Source: Parasitella parasitica NRRL 2501 (Eukaryota; Fungi; Mucoromycota). Taken from it: 64,000 nt of DNA. Positions 1 through 13,426 of the stretch are shown one piece after another (position 1 is the first letter of the stretch; each line of letters opens with the position of its first letter). The stretch lies in the NCBI GenBank assembly GCA_025201805.1, contig MU619250.1, forward strand, positions 272,425 through 336,424. Reading direction: 5' to 3'. Under the pieces are notes generated by a model. That model was not told where the DNA came from and searched no databases. It saw only the letters and a program-made list of their open reading frames with translations. The position numbers were made by a program, and so were the translations under genes.

Positions 1-537
1 TTATCGAAGAGAACGTCATTATATTCAACAAGTAAGCACTGCAAAGCACTGAAGTTACGTTTCTCATGACAACCATCCTTTTCGACAGAAACTCGACACC
101 TTTGGTGATTGGAGACGATAATGAATTTGAAGTTGGATGTTGTTAGTGTCATCAATGACTCGTGCCATGGATACATTATGCTGATTACTTTTCTTTCTTC
201 AGATGTTGAAGGCTCACGTATTGGAAATAATAACATTGTGGAATCAAGGGCTCGTATTGTAGGCAGTACCTCTGTTGGAAACTACTGTGTTATCGGATCA
301 GCCTGTTCAACAGAGAGCAACGAAACCATTCCAGACCTCACGATTGTATACGGGGCACAGTCAAAAAGAAGAAATCAAAGTGAGCCATTAGCTGTAAAGT
401 ACAATCTCATTATATACGATAAAGCTTTATTAATTTATACAACGTAGACTCAAGCAACCCTTCATGCCAGGCATTTAGACTATCTACGTGAAGTACTACC
501 AAAATACAATCATCTGAAAAAACTGGAGTCATCATAA
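1..537 (+). CDS. DCTN6: Dynactin subunit 6 (p27), 5'-truncated by window edge, multi-exon
   Basis: Spliced translation IEENVIIFN..NSTPLVIGDDNEFEVGC..VEGSRIGNNNIVESRARI..GNYCVIG..TQATLHARHLDYLREVLPKYNHLKKLESS*. Left-handed beta-helix hexapeptide pattern plus the typical p27 C-terminus; GT-AG introns. Confidence 0.85.
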
Positions 538-566
538 AATACATATAAAATAAACCATTGTCATTT

Positions 567-2242
567 TTAGACAGTATCACACCATCCGTTCACTGGTAAA
601 CATGATAGATATTTACAATTGGGACAGATGGTAGACAAATCAGAAGAGGTATAAAAGATACGCAAGAACACAACGTAGAGTATGATGATGACAACAAGGG
701 CAGCGATTCTCGTAATCCAGGCAAATATGATGGTACGGCGGGATGCAGCTCTTCGATTAGGTGCAAGTAAGGCACCAAGCAATAATCCCATAATTAACCC
801 ACCAATGTGAGCAAAATTATCAAGACCAGGCAGCAATCCCAATACTAAAGAGATGATGATGACAAATAATAACTTTACAAGTTCTCGGCCTGGGTTACGG
901 ATATCTCTCCATTGAACAAGTAGTTCGATCACTGTGTAACCGATAATACCAAACAATGCACCTGAACATCCCATAGAAGCTGTTTCAAAGGGTCATTAGT
1001 AAAAATGGGCCGTTATAAATATATTTATATATATCGATCCATCACACTTACAAACAAGAGGTCCAGCAAGCACAGCGCTAAGGATAAAGCCCCAAATCCC
1101 CGAAACAATGTACAGAATAGCGTAGCGAATGACACCCAAAGAACGCTCAATCTCGCTGCCTGTCGAAAAATGTGTAACCAGATTCAAAAGAATATGAACG
1201 AAACCAGCATGAAGAAAGATGGGCGTAAAAAACCTAAATCCTTGACTGGGCGGTTGCCCATTGAAACCCCCAAATCCACAGACTTGCTCAATTGTACAGG
1301 TTGATTCCAGCGATCGATAGCAATTTCCCAATGTAAAACTGGCTGGGTACTGAGCAATGTCTCGCATACAAGGCACAAACTTGCTTCCCATGTTAATCAA
1401 TGCCTATGAAACTTACTATGTCAGATAATTTGTGTATGGGTGTCTCTACTTAAATTGCTAATTACCATGTAATTGGGCCCAATCATGGGATTAAATGGGT
1501 TGGTCTGGATGACACTGCCTGAGAGTGTGTTGTTCCTGATGAGTTCATATACAAAGACTCCAATCATAATCACACCAGTTACCCAAGTGAATATTGCAAA
1601 TCTGGATCCTCCGCCAAACAAGTGTTTGTATACTGTCCCTCTTTGTTTGTGTGGCATTGGCTGAGGAAAACCACGGTTGCTATTTCCAGCTTCCAAGTTG
1701 CTGTAGTCTTTCGCCTGCTGATATCCTTTTAGCTTACCCATGAAAATATCAACTCGACTTTGATCTACTGCTTGTGGTGTTGGTGTTGACGGTGGTCCAT
1801 TCATACTGTAATCAGATGATAAGTTGTTGCTATCGTTTTGATTTCTTGTTTCGTAAAGCTGTATCTCTTCTGGCTGTTCACTTGGTGGGACAAAGCCTTT
1901 GCTTAGCAGGGCCCCTGTGGCTGGGGGAGTGTTTGATGCGTTATTGTATTGATCCTCTGCACTAAATGTTGGTCCGTACACCTCTGTTTTATCATGACTG
2001 TAGTTATCAGCCTCATGTACTTGCCTTCCAAGAGGCGAAGGTGATAGTGGCAATGGTGCTGATGTATTTGACAAGGCAGGAGATTGATATGGAGATGATC
2101 CAAATGAAGAAGTATCGTCATATACAGGTGTTGGTATAATTGAGGGTGATTTCGCAGCAAACCCGACGTGAGGAGAATTGGATGATGGCGTTTCATTTTC
2201 ACGAAATGGGTTAAAATCCTGGCTATTATTGTTGTTGTTCAT
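567..2242 (-). CDS. Rhomboid family intramembrane serine protease, 3 exons
   Basis: NPFNPMIGP, QGFRFFTPIFLHAGFVHILLN, catalytic GCSG and FAHIGG motifs, and C-terminal CPNCKYLSCLPVNGWC typical of fungal secretory-pathway rhomboids. Confidence 0.92.
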
Positions 2243-3744
2243 TTTGGCTAATATCAGACAGGCAGTGCAAAAGAAGAAAAGGGATAATGATGGAAAATAC
2301 CAGCTATTTAAGTCAACTAGGCTTAGAGATACAAACTATCGGAGCATGGAAGACACAGAAGATCAGTTATTAATAATAGCTAAAAATACATGTAACGATT
2401 TTATAAGTTTCTGCCGCCATTTCTTACTAATAATAGCATAAAAATAGCATTTCTATTTGCTGGTTCAAAGCGTCTGGTTCCTGTAAATATCTATAATAAC
2501 CATGTTGCTGTCCTTGGGGACCATAAATAGTCATCCATATGTTAGCGTTCATATTTTGTGCGACAGTTTTAACGACACTATTATTGATCTGAAATAAATG
2601 ACAGAATTCAATGAGCTCATGGACTCTAGCTAGCCAAAAAACAAACACACACAAAACAAAAAAGACATGAGAGTACACCCAAGTTCAAAAAAAAACTGTA
2701 TATAAATTACTTCATATACGATAACGACATGAATATTGTGAATCAACAGGAGCTATACTTAATAAAGCTAAGGTTATTAGTTGCATCTCTTTTCAAAAAT
2801 GGAGCGTTAATGCTGCTCTTGCGTCCATTGACGTAATAATGAATTTTTCAAGCCAGTTCAAGACGAATTTGAATACTGTATATCATAAATTATAGCCAAG
2901 CAAACGATGTTATGCGTGTAGGAAGAATATCTTGTCTAAATCACTCAAGTTGCTAAACAAGTCAAGGTCTATCAAGATACGTAGTAACCGCCAAGAAAAG
3001 TGTGATGCTAATCTATATTTAAATTTAGTCAAAGATGCAAAGTTAACCATAAATAACATCGATGCAAGGTTTGCCAGCGACTCGATAGCGCATGTATGTA
3101 ACCTAATATGTTAACAATACTTGCTGCCAATATTGTTTATTAGACTAAAAGACTAAAAATTGATATGAACGTTTTAATGGTAGATAAATATTGAACGGGC
3201 CTGGCTACATTGCTACAGCTGTTTGGATAATCACCATTTTAGGTATTATTTATGCTAACTATGGGCAATAGCAGATCATATCATCCCTCTCATCCCGTTA
3301 TTCACTGTGGATTAATGAATAAAATCATTACGACCTCGTCAGTCGTAGAGTGGATCAACGACGCTCTTTTACCTTATGCCATATGTATCTTATCCGACGG
3401 ACTCTCTCTCTCTCTCTCTCTCTCAATAACCTGTTTTCCCTCTCAAGATGTACAGCGCCCTCACCAGAAAGTTGTAATTTACAAACACCATTTATACATG
3501 TATGTCGCCGATAATCCAGTTTTTAATTTTTCCATTCTTTTAATCTTTTACCGTTTATCAAGGCCATAACAAAACAACAATGCAATTATGATGAATCACA
3601 CTAGCTGAATAATACTGACACCACCCAAAGGAAAGTAGGATAGCTCTGAAACTAGGGAATGTCTGCAACAATAGCAGTTTTATCTATTTCAATCTTGAAA
3701 GAAACTCATGGCCTTAGCCGAGTCATAGCGCTCTACTATATATA

Positions 3745-4110
3745 TGAATCTTCTAGAGGGGTATTAAGTTGATTGATTCTATTTATTGCTTAAATCTGTT
3801 GATTGGGATAGTCTGACATCCTGTTGAATATTGTTGGGTTGTAATGTCAACCGGGATTGTCTGATTGTGCAATCCTTCTTTTTTTTCTTTTTTTTTTAGA
3901 AGAGCATTATAGACGCATCTGTATAGTATCGTACTTGCTCTCTTTCTAATAGAATCTTCTAGAGGGCTATAAGTTGATTGACCATGTCGATTGCTTAAGT
4001 CTGGTGATTGGGACAGCTCTGACATTTGTAGAATAATGTACGGCAATCATTAGGCTGTAGTTTCATCCGAGATTGTTTGATTGTGCAATCCTTCTTTCTG
4101 GAAAAGTATC
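3745..4110. repeat. Degenerate direct tandem duplication, ~210-bp period
   Basis: gaatcttctagaggg..taagttgattga..attgcttaa.tctg.tgattggga at ~3746 and ~3952; gattgt.tgattgtgcaatccttcttt at ~3855 and ~4072. Confidence 0.7.
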
Positions 4111-4231
4111 GTAGACTATTCTAGAAATGTATCGTTTTGGCTTTTTTCAAGATTGGTTCAAATGATTTTAAACATGGAACAACTTCGAGAATTATATGGC
4201 TTGTAAGATCAATATCAAAAGAAAAAAGCCC

Positions 4232-6322
4232 TCATTTTTCCTGCTTCTTCGTCTTCGTTTGTTTTCGCAAGTTATATGAAGAGTTTACAATATAATGTAG
4301 GGGGGGAGGAGAGTGTAATAATGGCTCGCCATTTGATTTTGTCAGTGCCCGTTTCTTTGTTTTAATAGCTGTCTTCTTTGCAATATTCTATTAGATGTGT
4401 TTATAAAAAGCAATCAGTTAATGTTTCCAAATCCATGGATCATATACTGTTTAATTTCACTTGTACCAAATTTCGTAAAATGGTAGGTAAGAATGACACT
4501 CTCTGTAAACTTTCAAATAGGTTTATAGATGATAGCTCAATCGAGCGGTAAGTTTGGGAATATGGAAGGTCCATCTTGTACGTTATTATATTTAATCCCC
4601 TCAATAATATTCCACAAACAACAAGTTGCTCCACCCCTTCTCTTATCAATGTGTTCAACATTCAAGCCATTTCTTTGCCTATCTTTACCATATCTGACTC
4701 GCTATTATTATTACAATTGGACTTAGAGGGGGGTTTGATTTCGGATACTCCTATATCGTATCTATCTTTGCTATGCTTTACAAATACCACAAAATCTGGT
4801 TTGTATTGAGAACTGCCATGTAAGAATCCGTTTGCCCTACATAAATGTATATTTGATAACCATATGTTTTGATCAGTATCCATTGTGGATGTACATAAAT
4901 TAGAATATACCATTGGCAAGACAATATTGGATCAGATCGGAACACAGAGTCAAATAATGCAGATATTATGTTATGAGCATATGAGTCTTCAACGTTGTTG
5001 TTAGGTGGGTTATCAATCATAATTAATGCGCTATTTCAAACATTAAATATATGATATACAAAGCAAGCATGTTTGGCAATAGGCGACTTACAGCCGATGT
5101 AAAATGTTTGCAGCAATCAATTCCAATTTGTCTTTGCTCTCTTGGGCCATGGCCAGAAATTTTATTGTTATAGTTTGAATCTCAAGCCAGTCTTTAGATC
5201 CAAGAGCAGCCTAAATGATTTATAAATGTCCAACGACCATAGGTAATACCATGAATAACAAAACATACCTGTACCAATTGATTGGCCCAGCCAATAATTT
5301 TTATATTGTCTATTACTGCTCTTTCAGACACATTCAGAACCTTTAATCAGGTTTAAAATTCTCTTTGATTTATCACTGAAAAATACATGTTAAAAGTGCG
5401 CAATTCTTTGAGCAGAAAAAAGTGTACTGTACCCCTCCAAGTCATCAGTGTCGTAAACATCCATATAATTTAAAATAGAATCATCAATGTTGTCGCCAGG
5501 TAGTGCCAAGTCAATGATAAGTTTTCCAAGTTAGATCGCGGTCCTACGATCATTTTAGCACAAGTTATGAGCAAATATCTGTTATTTATGATAAATATCG
5601 AAAAATAAAACTGTTTTTGCACGTTGAATTCAGTGCCCTATGCATTTAGTAAAACTGATTAGATCGAAATCATTTTGGCATTTTGATATTACTGTATCTC
5701 CTATACTTACAACAAATGCATATCCGACAGCTTTTTGGGGGATATCTGACACGATACTGCTTTAAAATTTCGTAAAGCATTTGTTACACCCACTGCTCTA
5801 CACCCTATATATCTGTTGAGGTAGTAGTTTCTTGAGTTCACTAATGATCTCCAGTCCATTTGAATGCTCTTCCTCCTCCAGGATATAGTTCAGTACTCTA
5901 TTTGGATGGTAGTCGTTGCTAATATCAGAACGAAGACCCTCATCCTCATTCTCTTCTTCTATCATTTCTTCAAACAATTCTTCTTCCTCCCCTATTGCCA
6001 TTCTTCTAAATAATAAATCAGAAATAACTAATAAATGATAACGACAGCTGTTTATAAGTTTACCTATCTCTTTTTTTTTNNNNNNNNNNTTTTTCGGAGA
6101 GGTTGTTCTTTAGGCTCTAGCTCAGATTTTCTTTTACTATAGTTATGATTTCCATCTTTATAATAAGGACTGTATTTTGGGATTTTCTTGTTTTTTCAAG
6201 AACGCATGAAAGCAATCAAGTTTCTGCTGTGTAGACTGTTCTGCGTATTCTTTTGTAAAGTTGTTATGAGCGTCAATCAAGGTCCATGAGGATTCTTTTG
6301 TTTTGTTAAAATAATCCGACAT
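4232..6322 (-). pseudogene. Intron-containing pseudogene of a PD-(D/E)xK restriction-endonuclease-like protein
   Basis: EDSYAHNIISALFDSVF..YKPDFVVFV..DIGVSEIKPP..SDMVKIGKEMA*MLNTL..VCGILLRG..YKMDL..Y. In-frame TGA at 4662-4664 and further stops near 5798 and 6158; start MSDYFNKTKESSW at 6322. Confidence 0.7.
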
Positions 6323-7378
6323 TATCCCTTTTTGATAAGTAAAGAAAGTAATTCACGGTCAATTTTTTTTTTATCAAGAGACAAACTACGGTGAAAAGAA
6401 ATCACTGTGGCGAAGCGAAGGTCGATTTTTTATGGGCTTCATTCTGATGGGGGGGGTGCACAGCGCGCGCGGGCTGTCTCACGACAATACTAATCAAAAA
6501 GTTTTGTTTTGGAAGGCTTTCATAAAGATCAAAAGCGGCTGGATTGGCAACATTTGATGGATTTATATGGCAATCCTAAATTCAACGTAGCAGAATTTCT
6601 TTGCAAATCTTCGATAATAGTTGTTGTATCTAATATTAAACGTCGCCAGTAATTCTATAATAGATAGAATCAATCATGAAATGACTTACACAAGAAAAAA
6701 TCTAGTTGGGTTCAACTTATCCTAAATGATGAAGCTAAACTTGATGACTCACGTTCAACACACTTGAAGTTTTGGAGAAGATACACTAAAGCTTATTTTG
6801 GTTTCCGAACTTCACATGCTTGCCGCACATAGTGAACATAAGGCATCTGTTGCTTCTATATTATGACCCTCCCTTCCGCATAAATGGCATGCATCTATTT
6901 TGAATCGCTCTTTATGAAAATCGCAAAATTTGTAAGCATACCGAAATTTATTGAAGCAGTGATTTTAAAGATAACGACAAAAAGTTTTGGAGCGCGTTTA
7001 GTAAGACGTAAATAGCTTGATTTGGGCATATTATGTTATCTTTTGTTAATGAATTAAACCTAGCGTTAGAAACATAGATATCGGAGCTTGTTAAAGTGGT
7101 AGTCTTTGCATGTAGATTTGCTGAAAAAAGAATTGTAATAAAGACCTTGCTAGATTTGTCGCCCTCGTGCAGATGCCAGAATTCAACCGGTAGCAGGATA
7201 AAATGAGTAGGTTATCTTGTGTAATTAAAATAGCTCCTAACATATTAAAGAGCTGAATCAATTTACGTTCTTCCATTTGAAAAAATGTGGATAACCTCTG
7301 TGATTATATAAATATGAAAAGCTGGTCTATTACTTAACCATTATTTTAATTGTCGCTATGCTAGCAGTACAAGCATTA

Positions 7379-9161
7379 TTAATACAAATCATCCTGGCTA
7401 CTATCACTACTACTACTACTTTCATCTAATCGCGAGCGCTGCCCTTTTGGATTATATCTGTTAACACTCTCAGAAAATAAAAGTGTTATGCTTTTCCTCA
7501 ACTAATTATCAATTAGCCTTTACGTTTAAATATCAATATTGTGTTTCTTACCGTTCTGATATGATTAGTCTGGAGCAAGTTTTCAAGTACATCTTTACTA
7601 CTGTTTGCTCTGTAACGTCTATCGTACACAAGATTTTTGACTTTCTGATACATATGAGTTTCGAAATGTTTAAATTCATGATAAATCAAAGCCTTTCTGT
7701 AGCATTCACTGCCGAGATAGTATGTTTCTGACTCTGATGCATCGTCTGAATAGAGCTTTATCGCAGTACTTGCTACTTTGTTTGCTCGACATGCTTCGCA
7801 TACAAGATCTGCAGTAGATGCTAAATGTTCAGTTTGCAACAGCCAATTGGGGTAGCTGTCAAGATCATCCTGTAGTCGGCATCATTACGATTGTGTGAGT
7901 GCACTGTTAAAACCTTATATTCGTATTTTTTACCTTAAAGTTGGGATACCAAACATCACTGGTGGCTATGGAATCTCTGTATCCTTTGACTCTCTTCATC
8001 ACAACATCTTTTGCTAACACGTATTTGGGTTGTGATGCTAGAATAGGTTTACGGTTAGATATTTAGCGCAGATCATCTCGTTTTCTTCATTTTGTCTCAC
8101 ATATATCAAAAACTGGGTTCAGTATGAGCTCGATCAGATACTGAATATAAACATCCATCTGCCGCTTAAACGACATTAGCTTCGCTTTGCTGAACTGGGC
8201 TAAAAAAATATATTGGTTTTAGTTGATGTAGCCACCACCATCTCTGAGCATTGAGTATAACTACCAGGAAGTTCTGCATGGGGAGCTTGATTTGTTACTC
8301 GTATGCCGTCAACAATATCATCATCGACGACAAACTCATCCTCAGTCTGATCCGAATCCTCCTCGTCTTCACTTGATGATACAGTTGTTCTGGAATTGAT
8401 GAATGTTTCGATTGGGCCACCACCCACTTTGTCGTATTGGGATAATTTGGACTTGCGATCTAAAGCAGATCTGTCAAATATAACCGTCTTGGCCATACAC
8501 TGCTTTAAATTACCTTTCAGTTTCTTTAAATTTTCGGTATATTTATGAACCCGTTTACCTCGAGTTCTCTCCTGCAGTATGTCTAGATTGTAAGCCATAT
8601 TACTATTTTTCATTCTGTCACTCATCATTAAAAGCCTGCCAATAACCTGATTTATCAAGAAAGTTCAAATCATCGTTTATATCATCATCTTGATGGTGGA
8701 AAGAGACGCATTAGATGTATCCCATGTAGTTTGCAAGTATCGGATTATACCTGAAGCGACGTTTATCACATGATCAGCTTCCATCTGGCTAAAATCCTGA
8801 GGTTTATCTTCTTCGTCACTGCTCTCTAGTATACGTCGCTTTAGTTTCTTTCTTCTCTTCGGCATAGCTTCCAAAACTGTATTTTCATCGCTGCCGATAT
8901 TCTCTTCATCGCTATCGAATATGACGGGCACTTTTTTCTTTTTAGGAAGAACTAGGGCATCAGGCTGATGTTCTTGGCTGCTATTCTGAAGGAGTGAGAT
9001 GAGGCTGTTTTTAGATTGACTACGGAAAATGGCCATTACTCTTTAATTTCTATATACTTGGAGGGCGTAAGCTTGGACGATTCTGGCTGCTGTTCCTGAC
9101 TAGACGATGTAAAGTAATTAAGCAGATTCTGCTGTTTCTTCATTGACCTTGTTTTTGTCAT
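7379..9161 (-). CDS. DUF4211/CCDC82-like protein, multi-exon
   Basis: Acidic/basic N-terminus, DDLNFLD..ILQERTRGKR, DEFVVDDDIVDG, C-terminal CEACRA..YYLGSECYRKALIYHEFKHF pattern. Confidence 0.7.
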
Positions 9162-9775
9162 TTTGAAACTTTATGGGAGAAAAAATGCAAATTGTGAAAA
9201 TTAAAAATCATCACACTGTATTTTTATATAGGCGGTAACGAGCCATTCACTAAAAACTGGCTTGTCTTCATTCATTTCCCAATAAACATTTAATCCGTTT
9301 ACATATAGTTAACCCTACTCTGACACATTCCTCTCTTTCCCAATTATGAGTTACACACTATTTTATTCCTCGAATTTAGAAAGATTTCCTGCCTCGAGGG
9401 GGTGTTGGCATATTATCATTTGATGGAGACATCATTCAGTCTTGCCATTTGTGCGTTGGCTACGGTCTACATTTAATGATCTAATTGCACTATTGTCAAG
9501 ATATAAATCGGCTGCAATGTATCATATTAAATAGTAATACAAGTAACAACTCGCATTCGATGGGTTAATTCATTAATCAAAGCAAAAAGAGAGTAGCGTA
9601 AACACTGGTAATTGCTCAGACTAAATCAGGCGCTGGTGTTACACTGAAGTGGTCCATTTGCCAAGATTATTGCCTAGTGTTTTCAGTCAGATGATCTCGT
9701 TTCTTGGTATAAATTCAGCCTAAAGCTACAAACTGAAAACTTTTTCCCTTTTTTTGGATACGATTTTATTGGAAA

Positions 9776-10486
9776 ATGAGTAATTTACGGTATAATCCTC
9801 ATCTGGAATTGCCTCCACCATCACCATCACCGCCACTACCACCACCACAACAACAACAACATCCTTCCTCTCCAAATTACCAGCAACTGCAGCAAGGATA
9901 TCAGCAGCAGCATATTCCCTCTGTTTATCCTAAATTACCTGCTCAGGACGAGCAGCCACCAAGCTACTCAGCTTCATCACCCAGTTATGCAAATATGCCA
10001 CAACCGCCTTACCCTCAATATATACCAAATCAGCAACCACAACCATACCCGTATCCTCAGTATCAACCACCTCCAAACACCCCTCCTGTCCCTCAAAACC
10101 AACAGCTCAACGGAGCAAGGCCTCCTGTAATGTTTTATGGCAGTATGGCACCACCTAATGTCAGCAACCCGCCTCAACAACAAGTGCCTTCACAACATAC
10201 AGTCCAGCCGGTCACATCGTTGAGGACAACATCTGATCTGGTACAATGTCCCCATTGCCAACAACTAGTTCAAACAGTTTTGGATTATGACTCTGGTTTA
10301 TGCACTGGTTTGTCAGTCGCAGGATTGTTTTTGGCTGGTTGTCATAGTGGAGGATGCCTGATTCCTTTTATTTTTCCATGGACAAAAGATGTCACTCATC
10401 ATTGCCCTTCATGCAAAGAGAAGATTGCAACATTCACAAGACTTGAAAGAGACACAAGAGTTACAGCACCACCCGCTGGTTTATAA
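9776..10486 (+). CDS. LITAF/SIMPLE-like zinc-ribbon protein, single exon
   Basis: Pro/Gln-rich N-terminus with PPSY motif, then CPHC - hydrophobic stretch - KDVTHHCPSC. Confidence 0.9.
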   Translation: MSNLRYNPHLELPPPSPSPPLPPPQQQQHPSSPNYQQLQQGYQQQHIPSVYPKLPAQDEQPPSYSASSPSYANMPQPPYPQYIPNQQPQPYPYPQYQPPPNTPPVPQNQQLNGARPPVMFYGSMAPPNVSNPPQQQVPSQHTVQPVTSLRTTSDLVQCPHCQQLVQTVLDYDSGLCTGLSVAGLFLAGCHSGGCLIPFIFPWTKDVTHHCPSCKEKIATFTRLERDTRVTAPPAGL

Positions 10487-10530
10487 TTTTGATCATGCTT
10501 ATTTATTTTCGTTTATACATACATAATTTT

Positions 10531-11814
10531 TTAAGCAGTTAAAACCTGATCAAATTCACCACTTTCAATCTAAAATAAAGACCCTTAGTTTTTATAACAT
10601 AAGCCAAGAGAAAATACCACCTACCATTTCCTTTACAATATCTAAACCACCCAGCAATTCGCCCTTGTAGAATAGCATAGGGAATGTTGGCCAATCTACA
10701 TGAGTTTTCATGCCTTGTCGAACATCATCATCTGATAAAATATCAAAATAGCCATATTTAACATGTCTATCTTTCAATAAAGCAACCATCTGTCTTGAAA
10801 ATCCGCAGCGAGGTTCGTCGGGTGTGCCTTTGATAAACACCATTACAGGCTGCTTTTCGATCAGTTCTTGAAGGCGAGTGCTGAGATCCTTTTCCTTGGG
10901 CAAAACGTCTCTAAATTCACCTGATTCGACCATTTCCTTGATAATGTCTAATCCTCCCATCAACTCTCCATTAACATAAACTTGAGGATAAGTTGGCCAA
11001 TCGGAATAAGCTTTCAAACCTGTAAATATTGTATTACTAATCGATCTGATTTGATAGACAGCATCTGAAAAATGTACCTTGACGAACGTCCTCATCTGCA
11101 AGAATATTGAACGAGCTATATTTGACCTCCTCTTTGCCTAGTATATCAACCAGTTGACGAGAGAATCCACAACGAGGCTACGCATTGTATTACTAATCAA
11201 TTCCAACAATCCGAAAGCAAATCTCTAACCTGTTGAGGAGTGCCTTTGATAAAAATCATCACAGGAGCGCTATTTACAAGAGCCTTGAGGCGAGCGTTCA
11301 AATCTTTGACGGGCTTTGCTCCATTATCGGTGCCAGCCGCTGAGGGACTAGCAAACTTGTTCAACACACCTTTGGCATGTTTATTAACGGCGTTTGTTAA
11401 TTCAGCAGCCTTTGCACCCTCGATTTTGTCAGCGATTTTGCCACCCTAGCCATCCAGATTTTTAATATTATACACAGGCAAACAAATCCAAGAATCAGCT
11501 TTTTACCTTGAGGACAATAAAAGTAGGGACAGCAGAAATCTCAAACGTTTCAGAGATATCAGGGTATTCTTCGGCCTCAATCTAAATTGCTCATAATCTG
11601 TTAGGCCTACTGGAGCACTCTTTGATATCGCCCACACACTTACCTTGAGGAACTGAAGAGCAGGGTATTTACCAGCAAGTTCGGCAAAAACTTCATTCAT
11701 TTGTTGACAGGGTTCTGCCCAAGAGGCCCAAAAGTTCAAGACATAGACAGTGTCTTTCTTGGAGAGAAAATCTCCAAATTGTTCATCAGAGCTGATATCT
11801 AACAAATTAGACAT
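10531..11814 (-). CDS. GRX3: Monothiol glutaredoxin Grx3/PICOT type (Trx + 2 Grx domains)
   Basis: Trx domain FWASWAEPC; two Grx domains each with KGTP..PRCGFS, WPT(Y/F)P and GGLDI. Confidence 0.93.
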
Positions 11815-12069
11815 GTCGTGTATTGCTATTAAAGTAAAAAGTGAGGGGTTGATCAAAAGAGAAACAAAAAGTGTAAAAAAAAAAAGAAAAAGATTTTTGT
11901 ATTAGATTATGATTGGAATACTGTACATTAACAATGTGATTGGTGATTTCGCAACAGATCAGAATCTGCTGTAATAATGATACAGGTTGAATGGCATATG
12001 TAGGAATTTAAACAAGCTTTGGTTGTAGGCGATGGAGTCCAAGCGAGAAAAGACACAATAACTCGCAAA

Positions 12070-12070
<1 letters not shown>

Positions 12071-12123
<53 letters not shown>
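12071..12123 (+). repeat. Poly(A) mononucleotide tract (~53 nt)
   Basis: Seen directly. Confidence 0.9.
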
Positions 12124-12124
<1 letters not shown>

Positions 12125-12503
12125 ACAATAGGAAATCTCTTTGATGATATTTCGTAAAATAATTTTGAAAAAATGGAATACAATAGAGTTCACCTTTCAG
12201 AGGGTCTGCCTCTAATCAGACATTGTAGCTTCAAAAATTAAAAACATTAGAGTGGATTGGTCGGTATAAATCATAGTAAAGGCATTCAAGCACTAGAAGC
12301 AGTTAGGCAAACTCGAGTAATCATTCATGGATGGTGTGGACATCTCCTAATTCAATGAAACTTTTGCAGCAAGCAACCCGTCGAAAAAAAAAAAAAAAGA
12401 ATTCCGAGCATAGCAACACGAATGATATCTTTTGTTTGAAATGTCTATTTACATCGCACTGATATGGATTTCTTTATTGCTTCAATTATTGATTAAATAT
12501 GTT

Positions 12504-12826
12504 CTATACAGAGGAAGCTGAACCCTTGACGCTTCTAACAATCTCGGCAACAGCAAAGTGCTTCTGTTTACTCAAAGGTCGGCAGGCTTCGATACGCACA
12601 ACATCACCCAGCTTGCAAACTTCTTTCTCGTCGTGGGCAAGGTAATTTTTATGTGTTTTGATAGTCTATTGCAATTCTGGATTAGCATATAAACAACCAG
12701 GGGTGAGCGAGCATTGCAAATTCATACCTTGAGCACGACAGGATGAAGCTTTTGGCTGGTAACCTTTACTTTGATAGTCTTTTGCATAGCGTTGCTAACA
12801 ACCATACCAATGAAGTTCTGTCTCAT
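12504..12826 (-). CDS. MRPS17: Mitochondrial ribosomal protein uS17m, 2 exons (absent from ORF track)
   Basis: Spliced [28 protein letters not shown]|[43 protein letters not shown] matches the bacterial-type S17 signature. Confidence 0.92.
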
Positions 12827-12996
12827 GTTTGCTGTTGTTGTTGTTTTTTTTTTTGATATGGAAGAGCAAGAATGAATGTTGATGGGTAGCAAATGTTAAT
12901 GAGCTGGAAAAAAAAAAAGTGACAGGGATATTGCTATCACCGGAAATTCGACATGTTGCAGAATCCTTCCTTGTTTGACCTCATTCACACCAGACC

Positions 12997-13413
12997 ATGC
13001 TCCCTACACTGATTCGATTTCATAAGGCACCTCCTATGCCTAAATTCTTCCAACAGGGCTTGACTTTAGATCATGTATGTATACTAACAGAACCCACACC
13101 ATTGCCTATTGACAGCAGCATACACACCTAGTTTTTACTACGAGGCCAAGTAATCTCTCTATACCGACAAATTGTACGCTGCACCAAAGGCATGGAAAAA
13201 AATGACGCCAAAGAGTTGATACAATGGGCTAGAGCCGATTTTGAACGCCATCGCAACGAGAAAAGTATTGTAAGTTAGCATCTGTCACAGACTCTGTATT
13301 GCAGCTGACACTGTGGACTCCAGGATCATATCAAATCACTGATTTCGTCGGGCAAACATCAAATGCATTCATTACAGAGTTCAGTTTCTTTGGCGCATAC
13401 ATCCAAACAATAA
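12997..13413 (+). CDS. LYRM2: LYR-motif protein 2-like (mitochondrial), 3 exons (absent from ORF track)
   Basis: Spliced ..LTLDH|FLLRGQVISLYRQIVR..ELIQWARADFERHRNEKSI|DHIKSLISSGKHQ..; LYR motif plus downstream F. Confidence 0.85.
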
Positions 13414-13426
13414 AAGCTTTATTTAA

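Noticed and set aside
4662-4664. In-frame TGA as possible selenocysteine or readthrough
   Set aside because: The same gene has additional TAA/TAG stops; ordinary pseudogenisation is simpler.
11928-12193. Poly-Phe ORFs, or a possible retroposon tail at the poly(A) tract
   Set aside because: Translation of a homopolymer; no target-site duplication or element body seen, and homopolymer runs are common throughout the window.
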